NCBI GenBank assembly: GCA_963719495.1
Contig: CAVRCI010000011.1
Coordinates: 64,001-128,000 of the forward strand
Origin: an uncultured Verrucomicrobiae bacterium
GTDB lineage: Bacteria; Verrucomicrobiota; Verrucomicrobiia; Chthoniobacterales; JAATET01
Direction: 5' to 3'
Length of the DNA: 64,000 nucleotides
Part shown: positions 1 to 10,112 of the stretch, in pieces
How positions within the stretch are numbered: the stretch's first letter is position 1
Layout of the letters: every line of letters starts with the position of its first letter
Translations under genes and position numbers: made by a program
The notes under the pieces: generated by a model
The model's input: the letters and a program-made list of their open reading frames with translations, nothing else
The model's database searches: none
Told to the model about the DNA's origin: nothing

Positions 1-1869
1 CGCGCCCTCGAGGGTGAGGCCGTAGTCGTTGACGGTGCCGCCGAGCGGGCCGCCGGCGACGAAGCCGGTGAGGCGGACGAGCTGGCCCTTGCGGGTGAGG
101 AAGAGGCTGTCGCGGTTGTCGTAATTGATCGAGCCGGTGACGGAACTGCGATCGTAGGTGCCTTCGGCGTCCTGAATGACCTGGCCCGCGTCGTTGTCGA
201 CGTCGAAGATGCGAATTTGTTCGATGCGGTATTCGCCTTCGATGGAGATGAAATTCGTGAGCGCCTTGCGGAGGCCGACGTTGGCTCCGACGTTGGATTG
301 GTTGTAGACGGAGCTGAGGAAGTTCGCGTCGCGGTAGAAGGCCTCGGTGGTGAGGGCGAGCTGGTAGCCGAGGAACCAGGGTTCGGTGAAGGAGATGATG
401 AAGTCCCGACGCCGGACGCCGTACTGGGCTCGGATGCGGAATCGCTGACCGCCTCCGGTGAAGCGGGGCCAATTCGTGATGTCGAAATTCGACTGTTGGA
501 GCTCCGCGAAGCCGATGAGGCTGTCGATGGTGCTGAAGCCCGCGCCGAAGTTGAACGAGCCGGTTCGTTTTTCTTCGACGATGACGTTGAGATCCTTTCG
601 ACCGGGGACGAGCGTGTCGGAGGGGACGAGTTGGAGGGCGGTGGGTGGCTCGGTCTGGAAGTAGTTCAGGTTGGCGAGGCGCGCGCGGCTGACGTCGACG
701 AGCGTCGTGTCGTAGATTTCGCCGGGTTTGACGGCGAGTTCGCGGCGAATGACCCGGTCTTTCGTGCGGCTGTTACCCTGGATGTTGACGAGGTTGACGT
801 AGGATTGGATGCCCTCGTCGATGGTGTAGTTGATGTCGACGGCTCCTTCGCCGGCTGGCGTGATCTCGGGGAGGACGACGCGGTCGATGTAGCCGCGGGC
901 TCCGTAGAAATCGCCCAGCGCGGTGAGATCGCCGGTGAGGCCATTTGGGGTGAAAAGCTCGCCTTCCCGCATCTTGAGGATGCCGAGCACCTCGTCGACC
1001 GGGACGATGGCGACGCCTTCGATGGTGACGGCGTTCACGCGGTATTCGATGCCTTCTTGAATCGTGAAGACGATCTCCACGCTGTCCTTGCCGTAGGCGA
1101 CGGTGTCCGGGTCGGAAACCTGGACGTCGGCGAAACCGCGGTTCTGGTAGAGGCGGCGGACGGCGAGCTTGTCGGCTTCGAGCTGGGACGGGACGAGGCG
1201 GCCGCTCTTGTTGAAGAACGAGAGGAGATTCCACGTCTTGGTGGCCATCGCCTTTTTGAGGTCCTTCGCTTCGACGGAGTAGTTCCCGACGAAGGTGATC
1301 TTGCGAACGATGAGTTTGGGGCCTTCGAGGATCGAGAAGACGACGCGAGTGCGTTCGTCGGAGAGGTCTTCGACCTTGTATTGGACGTCGACCTCGGAGT
1401 AGTTGCGTTCTTCGTAGAGCTTGAGGATGGAGCGGCGACCTTCCTCGAGGCGTTCTTCGTTGAGGGCGTCGCCGGGCTTGAGGCCGATCTCCTTGCGGAG
1501 CTTGGTCTGGCCGATCACGGTGGCGCCTTCGATGAGAATCTCCGAAATGACGGGCCGTCCCTGGAGGAGAACGGTGACTCGGACGCCATCGGTCATGGGT
1601 TCGCCGAAGATGCGGACATTGGAGAGGGTCCCGGTGGCGTAGAGGTTGCGGATGTCTTCTTCGACGGTGCGTTCGCTGTAGGGCTGGCCGACCTGGGTCG
1701 CGAGGTTGGCGAGGATTCGCTCCTCCGAGACGGATTCGGGGCCGACGAATTGGACGTCGATCTCGCGAATGATGGGTCCGCCACCGATCTGGGCGTGGAG
1801 CGGAGTGGAGGAAATCGCGAAGACCGCGAGCAGGAGGGTGAGGAGAAATGGAGAGAGGCGGCGTTTCAT
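1..1869 (-). CDS. bamA: Outer membrane protein assembly factor BamA (3' end runs off window)
   Basis: Manual translation from ATG at 1869: MKRRLSPFLLTLLLAVFAISSTPLHAQ signal peptide, then POTRA-like IREIDVQFVGPESVSEERILANLATQVGQPYSERTVEEDIRNLYATG. Not in the ORF track because it has no stop in the window. Confidence 0.9.
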   Translation of the reverse strand, partial: MKRRLSPFLLTLLLAVFAISSTPLHAQIGGGPIIREIDVQFVGPESVSEERILANLATQVGQPYSERTVEEDIRNLYATGTLSNVRIFGEPMTDGVRVTVLLQGRPVISEILIEGATVIGQTKLRKEIGLKPGDALNEERLEEGRRSILKLYEERNYSEVDVQYKVEDLSDERTRVVFSILEGPKLIVRKITFVGNYSVEAKDLKKAMATKTWNLLSFFNKSGRLVPSQLEADKLAVRRLYQNRGFADVQVSDPDTVAYGKDSVEIVFTIQEGIEYRVNAVTIEGVAIVPVDEVLGILKMREGELFTPNGLTGDLTALGDFYGARGYIDRVVLPEITPAGEGAVDINYTIDEGIQSYVNLVNIQGNSRTKDRVIRRELAVKPGEIYDTTLVDVSRARLANLNYFQTEPPTALQLVPSDTLVPGRKDLNVIVEEKRTGSFNFGAGFSTIDSLIGFAELQQSNFDITNWPRFTGGGQRFRIRAQYGVRRRDFIISFTEPWFLGYQLALTTEAFYRDANFLSSVYNQSNVGANVGLRKALTNFISIEGEYRIEQIRIFDVDNDAGQVIQDAEGTYDRSSVTGSINYDNRDSLFLTRKGQLVRLTGFVAGGPLGGTVNDYGLTLEGA

Positions 1870-2009
1870 TCGTCAGCGGGGCAATTACCGCGCGGGTGCC
1901 CGGTCTAAAGAGCGGAGTAAAGACGACAATGGTCTGGAAAGGTCAAGCTGGGATTTGGGGGCGGACCCGGGGTGGATGGTCGGCCCGCTGGCGTCCGGCA
2001 ACCGCCGGA

Positions 2010-2064
2010 CCGGATGCCGAGGCGGGACGCCGCGGCTCGCACGCCGGGAGGCGGGCGTTCCCCA
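2010..2064. repeat. REP-like palindromic repeat family C (GGCGGGACGCCG..GCTCGCACGC..GGA..CG.GCG.TCCCC)
   Basis: Near-identical copies at ~25855-25907, ~34706-34761 and ~44612-44658, all intergenic. Confidence 0.8.
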
Positions 2065-2074
2065 CCGATTTGCG

Positions 2075-3076
2075 TCAGGTTTCCGGCCTCGCGAAGGCGA
2101 TGGAGACGGAGCGGACGACGTTGCCGTTTCGGTTGCGGAGCTGGAGTTTGGCGGTGCTGGCTGGCCAGTCGATCGTGAGGGTGCCGAAGTTGAGGCCGAC
2201 GTAGGTCGCACCGACGCGGAGGGAGTTCGGCTCGCCGGGGAATTCCTCCCAGTAGTGGGTGAGGCCGCTGGTGGTGAGCTCGACGAGCGGCGGGCGCTTC
2301 TCGAGGGCGGGGAGCAGCGAGACTTCACCGATGTGGCGGTCGCCGGAAAGCAGGATCACGCCGGGGGCTTTTGATTGTGCAATAAGTTTGAAAAGGCGCT
2401 CCCGGGCACCCGGGTAGTCGGCCCATTTCTCGTAGCGGTGTTCGGATGGGAGGATCTGCGAGCCGGAGCAGATGAGGTGCATCTGGGCGGGGCTGCGGTC
2501 GAGAGTGCGCTCGAGCCAAGCCCACTGACGTTTGCCGAGGATGTCCGCGTTTTTGGTGTCCTTCGGATCTCGAAAATACCGGACGTCGAGGAGGATGACG
2601 CAGACCTGTTGGCCCGGCGGGCCGTAAACTCGGCTGGTGTGGATTCCTTCCTGAGAGCGGCGCGGGCTATCGGCGGGTTCGTCCACGAAATCGAGAAAGA
2701 GGCGCTGGGCGTCGGCCTTGATCGGGAAGGTGCGGTCGCCGTTGTTCTTGCCGAAATCGTGGTCGTCCCAGGTGCCGATGACGGGCACGGACTCGGTGAA
2801 TTTGCGGTAGGCGGGATTGTTTTTTTGGAGATCCCACTTGGCCGAGAACTTCGCGACATCGGTCGTGTCGCCGTAAATGTTGTCGCCAAGCCAGACGAAG
2901 AGGTCGGGCTGCCAATCGGCGATCACGCGCCACATCGGCTGCTTGAAATACTGGTTGTTGCACGATCCGAAGGCGATGCGCGTGAGCGGAGGGATCTCGG
3001 GTGCGGCGGGTTTTGAATGCGCCAGCGGAGCGGCGACGCTCGCGGCGACGAGGAGTGCGAGGGGGAGTCGCTTCAC
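2075..3076 (-). CDS. phoD: Alkaline phosphatase D (PhoD) family protein
   Basis: IAFGSC, WLGDNIYGD, GTWDDHD, LLDVRYFR and LLSGDRH motifs; signal peptide after GTG at 3076, overlapping the pdxH stop (GTGA). Confidence 0.85.
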   Translation of the reverse strand: MKRLPLALLVAASVAAPLAHSKPAAPEIPPLTRIAFGSCNNQYFKQPMWRVIADWQPDLFVWLGDNIYGDTTDVAKFSAKWDLQKNNPAYRKFTESVPVIGTWDDHDFGKNNGDRTFPIKADAQRLFLDFVDEPADSPRRSQEGIHTSRVYGPPGQQVCVILLDVRYFRDPKDTKNADILGKRQWAWLERTLDRSPAQMHLICSGSQILPSEHRYEKWADYPGARERLFKLIAQSKAPGVILLSGDRHIGEVSLLPALEKRPPLVELTTSGLTHYWEEFPGEPNSLRVGATYVGLNFGTLTIDWPASTAKLQLRNRNGNVVRSVSIAFARPET

Positions 3077-3714
3077 GGCTGAAGACGTTGGATGCTCCAG
3101 GTCGAGTCGGCGGTCGGCTCGTAGCGGAATCGGTCGTGGAGGCGGCCGGAGCGACCCTGCCAGAATTCGAACGAATCGGGAATCACCCGGAAGCCGCCCC
3201 AGAAGGGCGGGAGCGGGACCGCGCCGTCGGCGAACTTTTCGCGCACCCGTTGCATCGCCGCTTCGAGGTCGGCGCGGGAGGCGGCGGGTTCGCTCTGCCG
3301 CGACGCCCAGGCGCCGAGTTGACTCTCGCGCGGGCGACTGTGGAAATACTCGCGCGACTCGTCGGCGGTGATCCGTTCGGCGCGTCCGGTCACGAGGATC
3401 TGACGTTCGAGCGGATTCCAGTGGAAGGTGAGGGCGACGTGGGGATTCGCCGCGATCTGGCGGCCCTTGCGGCTTTCGTAGTTGGTGAAAAACCGGAGCG
3501 CGCTGGGTTCGATTCCTTTGAGGAGGACGGTGCGGGCCGAAGGACGGCCCTCCGCGTCGGCGGTCGCGAGGGTCATCGCGTTGGGTTCCGCGATGGCGTC
3601 GCATGCCTGAGCCTCGCCGAACCAGAGTCGGAATTGCGCGAAAGGATCGGCGGTCAGTTCGGAGGCGTCGAGGGAGTCGGCGCGGTAGTCCTTGCGGAGA
3701 TCGGAGACGTTCAC
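3073..3714 (-). CDS. pdxH: Pyridoxamine 5'-phosphate oxidase
   Basis: DLRKDY, EPNAMTLAT, PSARTVLLK, FFTNYESRKG and FEFWQGRSGRLHDR motifs; likely GTG start at 3714. Confidence 0.95.
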   Translation of the reverse strand: MNVSDLRKDYRADSLDASELTADPFAQFRLWFGEAQACDAIAEPNAMTLATADAEGRPSARTVLLKGIEPSALRFFTNYESRKGRQIAANPHVALTFHWNPLERQILVTGRAERITADESREYFHSRPRESQLGAWASRQSEPAASRADLEAAMQRVREKFADGAVPLPPFWGGFRVIPDSFEFWQGRSGRLHDRFRYEPTADSTWSIQRLQP

Positions 3715-3815
3715 GTGGGCAGAGTGGCGGGCGTGCGCGGGCGGCGCAATATTTTGCCGTGCGCGGGAATGCACCCGAACGAAGAAATCCGCTCCAGCGC
3801 CTTTGATTTTTCCCT

Positions 3816-3843
3816 TTGACACGCAAGAACCAGTTGGTAGTTT
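3816..3843 (+). promoter_or_regulatory. Sigma70-type promoter upstream of tRNA-Thr/tuf
   Basis: TTGACA at 3816-3821, 16-nt spacer, TG-n-TAGTTT extended -10 at 3835-3843. Confidence 0.55.
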
Positions 3844-3984
3844 CACCCCTCAATTTCGCCGGAGCGCTGTTCAAGTCCTGGCCGTTTCCTTGGAATGAAG
3901 CGGGCGGGGCTTTTCACTCTCCGGACGTCCTTTGAACAGATACCTTATGCGAATCTAACAACCCGATGGCCGAAGTGCCCCGTT

Positions 3985-4060
<76 letters not shown>

Positions 4061-4098
4061 CGATTTCCCAAAACGGTAACGACTAACAAAACAAACCC

Positions 4099-5283
<1,185 letters not shown>

Positions 5284-5297
5284 GCACTTAGACACCA

Positions 5298-5370
5298 AGG
5301 CGAGTAACTCAATTGGTAGAGTAGCGGTCTCCAAAACCGTTTGTTGGGGGTTCGAGTCCCTCCTCGCCTG
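5298..5370 (+). tRNA. tRNA-Trp(CCA)
   Basis: AGGCGAG/CTCGCCT acceptor, anticodon loop CTCCAAA, GGTTCGAGTCC T arm; canonical position between tuf and secE; CCA not encoded. Confidence 0.95.
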
Positions 5371-5424
5371 CTCTATCGAGTCCCTCCTCACCAGGGGGCT
5401 TTGATATTTCACAAGATCCCCGCA

Positions 5425-5640
5425 ATGTTTGGAAAAGTATCCCGCTTCACCGCAGAAGTCCGCACCGAGCTGGCGAAAGCTTCCTGGCCGTGGGACCCGA
5501 ATCAGAAGGGTTTCAAGCGCTACCGGGAACTGTGGGATTCCACCGTCGTCGTTCTGATCGCCATGTTGATCATCGGCGGTTACATCGCGGCATTCGATTT
5601 TCTTTTCATCAACATCGTTGGGTTCCTGACGCATCCCTAA
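5425..5640 (+). CDS. secE: Preprotein translocase subunit SecE
   Basis: EVRTELAKASWP motif plus one TM helix; lies between tRNA-Trp and nusG. Confidence 0.92.
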   Translation: MFGKVSRFTAEVRTELAKASWPWDPNQKGFKRYRELWDSTVVVLIAMLIIGGYIAAFDFLFINIVGFLTHP

Positions 5641-5655
5641 GGGAGTAATTTTTTA

Positions 5656-6222
5656 ATGAGTTTGGCACCGCGCGATCAGTTCTTCGTCGTTCACGTCCTT
5701 TCCGGACAGGAACAGAAGATCCACGACAACATCCAGAAGCGCATCAAAACGGAGGAGATGGAGGACGTGATCTTCGACGTGCTCATCCCGACCGAGCGGG
5801 TTCAGGAGATCAAACGCGGCAAGAAAACGGAGACCACCCGGAAATTTTTCCCGGGCTACATCATCGTCAACATGCACCTGCTCACCGAGGACAACGCCCT
5901 CGTGGACCGCAGTTGGTATTTCATTCGTGAAAGCACGGGCGTGATCGGTTTCGCCGGCAGCTCGAATGACCGACCGATTCCGATGCGTCGGAAGGAAGTG
6001 GAAGGGATGCTCGCGCAGATGAAAGAGCGCGAAGAGAGCGTCAAACCGAAGATCGAGTTCGAAGTCGGCGACAAGGTCAAGGTGGCGGACGGTCCGTTCC
6101 AGAATCAGAACGGTGTGGTCGAGGAAATCGACCCCGAGCGCGGCAAACTGCGCGTATCGGTCAGCATCTTCGGGCGCGAGACGCCGGTGGAGCTGGAATA
6201 CTGGCAGGTCGAGAAGGGTTAG
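5656..6222 (+). CDS. nusG: Transcription termination/antitermination factor NusG
   Basis: FFPGYIIV, GVIGF, KOW motif GDKVKVADGPF, VSIFGRETPVEL. Confidence 0.98.
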   Translation: MSLAPRDQFFVVHVLSGQEQKIHDNIQKRIKTEEMEDVIFDVLIPTERVQEIKRGKKTETTRKFFPGYIIVNMHLLTEDNALVDRSWYFIRESTGVIGFAGSSNDRPIPMRRKEVEGMLAQMKEREESVKPKIEFEVGDKVKVADGPFQNQNGVVEEIDPERGKLRVSVSIFGRETPVELEYWQVEKG

Positions 6223-6265
6223 GTTTTTAAGCCGCAAAAAGGCGCAAAAGGGCGCAGGGGGCCTT

Positions 6266-6420
6266 TGGAACGGGTGCCAACCTCCATCTTGGGATTTTAC
6301 GTAGCAATTTCGCCGCAACCGTGTTGCCGATGAACTGTAGTCGCTCTGTGAGCGAGCCGCGCGGCGGCGAGACTTCTTCCAACCACCCCGCTCTCATGTT
6401 GAGGACCACGAACGCGCAAG
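6266..6420 (+). ncRNA. Candidate structured ncRNA (rod with central bubble, 6S-like topology)
   Basis: By-eye pairing of 6281-6294 with 6392-6404 and 6308-6316 with 6364-6372, terminal hairpin 6341-6355; G-U pairs favour the + strand. Confidence 0.3.
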
Positions 6421-6443
6421 CGAGTTAAGAAGTTAAAAATGAT

Positions 6444-6468
6444 GGGGCGGCACCGGCCGCCCCCTTCT
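6444..6468. terminator. GC-rich hairpin between convergent nusG and nnr
   Basis: GGGGCGGC-ACCG-GCCGCCCC 8-bp stem with an A-run upstream and a short T tract downstream. Confidence 0.5.
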
Positions 6469-6474
6469 GGCATT

Positions 6475-6500
6475 CGGAGGGCGAGGCTTTGCCGAGCCGT
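6475..6500 (-). repeat. REP-like repeat family E (CGGCTCGGCGGGAGCCTCGCCCTCCG)
   Basis: Other copies at ~21760-21781, ~37544-37569 and ~40960-40985. Confidence 0.75.
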
Positions 6501-6612
6501 GGCTCTCTCGCTGGATTGTGCGCCACAGGAGACGATGTCATTGGCAGCGAAGCGGAATGTCATTGGCTTTTCCTCATTCATAACGTTCGGGTCCCGAGGG
6601 GAAACGAGGTAT

Positions 6613-8187
6613 TCAGTAGCTAGATTGGATCGAACGCAGCGCCCTCATGGCAGGCCCGAGATTAGTGATAATCTCGCTCGCGATGAGCGTTTCGGGTGAG
6701 CCCATTTTTGAGAAAACGTAAATCTCGGCGGCGCGTCCGCACAGCCAGGCTCCCAGACTACCAGCATCGCGGGCCTCGCAGCCCTGCGCCAGGAACGCGG
6801 CGAGAATCCCAGTCAGGACGTCGCCCATTCCGCCACTGCCCATGCCGGGGTTGCCCGTCGTGTTGTAGCGAAGCGGTTGCTCACGGTGGGCAACCACGGT
6901 GCGGGCTCCTTTGAGCAGGAGCGTGACCGGATGGCGATCAGCGAAACGATGTGCGGCTTCGGCCCGGGGAAGGTCGGCGAGGTCGGGGGCAAGGCGGGCG
7001 AACTCGCCGGGGTGAGGGGTGAGGAGGATTTCGGATTTCGGATTTCGGATCTCGGATTGATGGCGGGCCAGGGCGTTCAGCGCGTCGGCGTCGGCGACCA
7101 TCGGCGCTTCGGTTCGGTGGAGGATTTCCAGAATTTCTTCGTCGTGCTGGTCGCCGAGGCCGGGGCCGATGGCGAGGGCGTCGAGCTTGTCGTCCAACGC
7201 TTCACGGTAGTCGTCGACGGATTTGACCATGACCTCGGGAATGCAGCTCGTAGCAAAAAGCTCGAAGGCATCGGGCTTCACGTAGAGAGTGACGAGTCCG
7301 CCGCCGGCGCGGACGGCGGCTTCGGAGCAGAGGCGGGCGGCTCCGAGCGTTCCGCGGGCTCCGGCGACGATGCCGACGCGGCCCCATTTGCCTTTGTGGC
7401 TGTCGAATTCGTGAACCGGGAGGAGGGGGCGGAGGAGGACCGGAGCGAGGAGCTCCGCGTGATTGGTGAGCACCGGAGCCTGGGAAGGCTCGGGGCAGCT
7501 CTCGGCTCTGCGAGACCCGAAGGGCGAGACGAGCGGGCGCGAGCGAGGCACCGGTGGCTGGTGACTGGTGGGGGGATGCGCGAGGGCTGGGAGTTCAGCC
7601 AGGGATAGGCGGCCGACTTGGTTGGTGGCGGTGTCCGCGACCAGGCCGACTTTGCATTGGCCGATTGTGATGGTGCAATCGGCGGTGACGCAAGAGGTGT
7701 GCGGCTTGCCGCTGTCGGCGTCGAGACCGCTGGGGACGTCGGCGGCGAAGACGAAGACGTTTTCGTCGCGGCGGAGGACGTTGAGGCGCTCGATGGCGGA
7801 CGCAATCGGGTCGCGCGGGGCGTCTTTGATTCCGATGCCGAGGAGTCCGTCGAGGGCGACCGACGGAATTGCGGATTGCGGATCGCGGATTGCGGATTGG
7901 AGGGCTTGGCGGTGTTTGGCGGGGAGATCGGAGAGTTCCTTCGCTTCGTAGGATTCGTCGAGTTCGATCGTCCAACCGCGGTCGACGAGGTGGCGGGCCG
8001 CGACGAGGACGTCGCCGGTGTTGTTGCCTTTGCCGCAGAACGCGATGGCGTGGCCGGGACGGGGGAAAAACTGAGTGACGACGTCGGCGATTGCGAGACC
8101 CGCCTGGTCCATGAGGGCTTCGGCGCTGATGCCGCGGGCGAAGGCGGCTTCCTCGATGGCGCGCATTTGTTCGGTCGTGACGAGCAT
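6613..8187 (-). CDS. nnr: Bifunctional NAD(P)H-hydrate epimerase/dehydratase
   Basis: CGKGNNTGD, DGLLGIG, ADVPSG (YjeF-N); SHKGKWG, AIGPGLG, ADADALN, LTPHPGE, GGMGDVLTG (carbohydrate-kinase domain). Confidence 0.95.
   Translation of the reverse strand: MLVTTEQMRAIEEAAFARGISAEALMDQAGLAIADVVTQFFPRPGHAIAFCGKGNNTGDVLVAARHLVDRGWTIELDESYEAKELSDLPAKHRQALQSAIRDPQSAIPSVALDGLLGIGIKDAPRDPIASAIERLNVLRRDENVFVFAADVPSGLDADSGKPHTSCVTADCTITIGQCKVGLVADTATNQVGRLSLAELPALAHPPTSHQPPVPRSRPLVSPFGSRRAESCPEPSQAPVLTNHAELLAPVLLRPLLPVHEFDSHKGKWGRVGIVAGARGTLGAARLCSEAAVRAGGGLVTLYVKPDAFELFATSCIPEVMVKSVDDYREALDDKLDALAIGPGLGDQHDEEILEILHRTEAPMVADADALNALARHQSEIRNPKSEILLTPHPGEFARLAPDLADLPRAEAAHRFADRHPVTLLLKGARTVVAHREQPLRYNTTGNPGMGSGGMGDVLTGILAAFLAQGCEARDAGSLGAWLCGRAAEIYVFSKMGSPETLIASEIITNLGPAMRALRSIQSSY
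7468..7547. repeat. Structured repeat (family F) inserted in-frame in the nnr interdomain linker
   Basis: Matches the 87-bp tandem unit at 34340-34513 except for the central hairpin stem. Confidence 0.9.
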
Positions 8188-8275
8188 GGTCCTAGTTTAT
8201 CGCGGCTGGGTGGGGATGCGAGCGGTTGGCGGTTTCGAGTTTGACCGGGATTGGAAACACCGGGAAAGTCGCCGG

Positions 8276-10087
8276 GTGAAGCACACTGGTCGCATTTTCG
8301 TTTTGGTAGCCGCGGTTCTGGTTGCGGTGCAGGGGGTGGGGCGGGCGCAGGAGGGGGCGTCGGAGTCTTCCGCAGCCGAGCCGGGGGCTCTGACGACGGT
8401 CGATGCCGAGGCGTTGACCGATCCGCAGCCGCCCGTGACCGACGTCGATCCGGACGAGCCGCCGAATCTCACCGAGAGCCCCACGAGCGATCCGTTGGTG
8501 ATCACCGCGGGTCCGAACGAACCAACTCGAGCGGAAGCACTGGCGGCGCTATCGGAGACGATCGCGGATGTTCGGAAGGAGATCGCGCAGCAACAGACGA
8601 AGTTGAAGTCGGCGGTTACGGACAACGAAAAGCAGCAGACGGAAGCGGCGATTCGGGCTTTGCAGGTCCGGTTGAAGGACGCGCGATTCAACCTGCTGGA
8701 TATCGCGACGAACGTCGATCTCACCGGATTTCAATCGGTGACGGAGGATCCGCTGACGTTGCAGGGGTCGATCGAGGAAATGATCCGACCGCTGATTGAC
8801 GAATTCAAAAACATGACAAAGGGGTCGCGGGAGGCGCAGAAAGTGCGTGAAGAGTTCGATACGCTCAAGCAGCAGCGGGACATCGTCGGGACGGCGTTGG
8901 CATCCCTCAACGAATTGATTGTGAGTGAAAAACGTCCGGCGATCCGGGCCGACCTCGAGGAGGTGCGCGACGAGTGGGCGTTACGGTTCCGCGACATGCA
9001 GAACGAGCTGAGCGTCCTCGGCTACCGGGTGGACGAGCTGACGGTGGGGCAGAAATCATTCTTCGACCGGACGAGTGGCGCGGTGGGATCGTTTTTTCGG
9101 GTGCGGGGGCGGAACTTGCTCATCGCCCTGGCGGCGGCGGCTTTGGTTTTTGTTGGGCTACGTTGGCTGGAGGGTGTGATCGTGGCGAAGAGCCCGCTTC
9201 ACAAGGGGCCTCGGACGTTTTCCACGCGTTTGTTCAACGTGCTGTTCGCGGTGCTGACGGTGTTGCTCGCAGTGGGGGCGGCGGTGTTGGTTTTCTTTGT
9301 GGCGGGCGATTGGGTGATGTTGAGTTTGGTGGTGCTAATTTTGGTCGGCGTGGTTTTTGCCGCGAAGGACGCGGTGCCGGGCTTCGTGGATGACGCGCGG
9401 ATGCTGCTGAACCTCGGGCCGGTGCGGGAAGGGGAGCGGATCTATTACAATGGAATTCCGTGGCTAGTTGAAAATCTGACGTTCTTCACGATCCTCCGGA
9501 ATCCGGTGCTCCGGGGTGGGATGGTGCGGATGCCGGTGGCGCAGCTGCGGGACTACCTTTCGAGGCCGGTGCACGGGGACGAGCCGTATTTCCCCTCGGA
9601 GGAGGGCGACTGGGTCCTACTCGACGACGAATCCTACGGGAAGGTGATCTTCCAGAGCGCGGAAATGGTGCGGCTTAAGCTGCTGGGCGGCGCGCTCAAG
9701 ATGTATCAAACGGACGCCTACCTGGGGCAGAATCCGCGGAATCAGTCGCACGGTTTCCGTGTCAAGACGACGATTGGGATCGATTACGATGAGCAGCCGC
9801 GCTGCACGGCGGAGATTCTGGAGAAGTTCCGGGAGTTTTTCCGGACCGAAATCGAGAAAATCGTCGAGCCGGCGAACATAGTCGCTTTGAAGTTGGAGTT
9901 CGCGTTAGCGAACGCTTCGTCGCTCGACTACGAGGTGCTGCTCGATCTGACCGGCGAAATGGCCCCGAAGTATTATCCAGTCCAGCGCGCCTTGCAGCGG
10001 ATCGGGGTGGATGCGTGCAACGAATACGGGCTGTCGATTCCGTTCCAGCAGATCACGCTTCATCAGGCGGAGTCGGGAGCCAACTAA
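8276..10087 (+). CDS. Mechanosensitive ion channel (MscS) family protein with large N-terminal coiled-coil domain
   Basis: Signal peptide, coiled coil, 3 TM helices, GPVREGERI and TIGIDYD-type C-terminal domain ending IPFQQITLH. Confidence 0.7.
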   Translation: MKHTGRIFVLVAAVLVAVQGVGRAQEGASESSAAEPGALTTVDAEALTDPQPPVTDVDPDEPPNLTESPTSDPLVITAGPNEPTRAEALAALSETIADVRKEIAQQQTKLKSAVTDNEKQQTEAAIRALQVRLKDARFNLLDIATNVDLTGFQSVTEDPLTLQGSIEEMIRPLIDEFKNMTKGSREAQKVREEFDTLKQQRDIVGTALASLNELIVSEKRPAIRADLEEVRDEWALRFRDMQNELSVLGYRVDELTVGQKSFFDRTSGAVGSFFRVRGRNLLIALAAAALVFVGLRWLEGVIVAKSPLHKGPRTFSTRLFNVLFAVLTVLLAVGAAVLVFFVAGDWVMLSLVVLILVGVVFAAKDAVPGFVDDARMLLNLGPVREGERIYYNGIPWLVENLTFFTILRNPVLRGGMVRMPVAQLRDYLSRPVHGDEPYFPSEEGDWVLLDDESYGKVIFQSAEMVRLKLLGGALKMYQTDAYLGQNPRNQSHGFRVKTTIGIDYDEQPRCTAEILEKFREFFRTEIEKIVEPANIVALKLEFALANASSLDYEVLLDLTGEMAPKYYPVQRALQRIGVDACNEYGLSIPFQQITLHQAESGAN

Positions 10088-10112
10088 ACGGGATCATGCA
10101 GGATTTACTGGA

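Noticed and set aside
217..1908. 563-aa + strand ORF, and similar long shadow ORFs (4039-5634, 20544-21563, 26769-29042, 36475-37539, 59525-61300)
   Set aside because: Antisense shadows of recognisable genes (bamA, tuf, aguA, vWA, moxR, PEP-CTERM) caused by high-GC codon bias; no motifs.
2075..3874. 599-aa apparent N-terminally extended PhoD; likewise long extensions of DUF58 (to 33434) and the permease (to 34513)
   Set aside because: The extensions are Arg/Pro-rich alternate frames over real upstream genes; the true starts are at 3076, 31889 and 33358.
6535..6567. GCCAATGAC (Ala-Asn-Asp) repeats on the minus strand resembling a tmRNA tag
   Set aside because: No tRNA-like ends and no ALAA-type tag terminus; just an 11-bp direct repeat around AGCGAAGCGGA.
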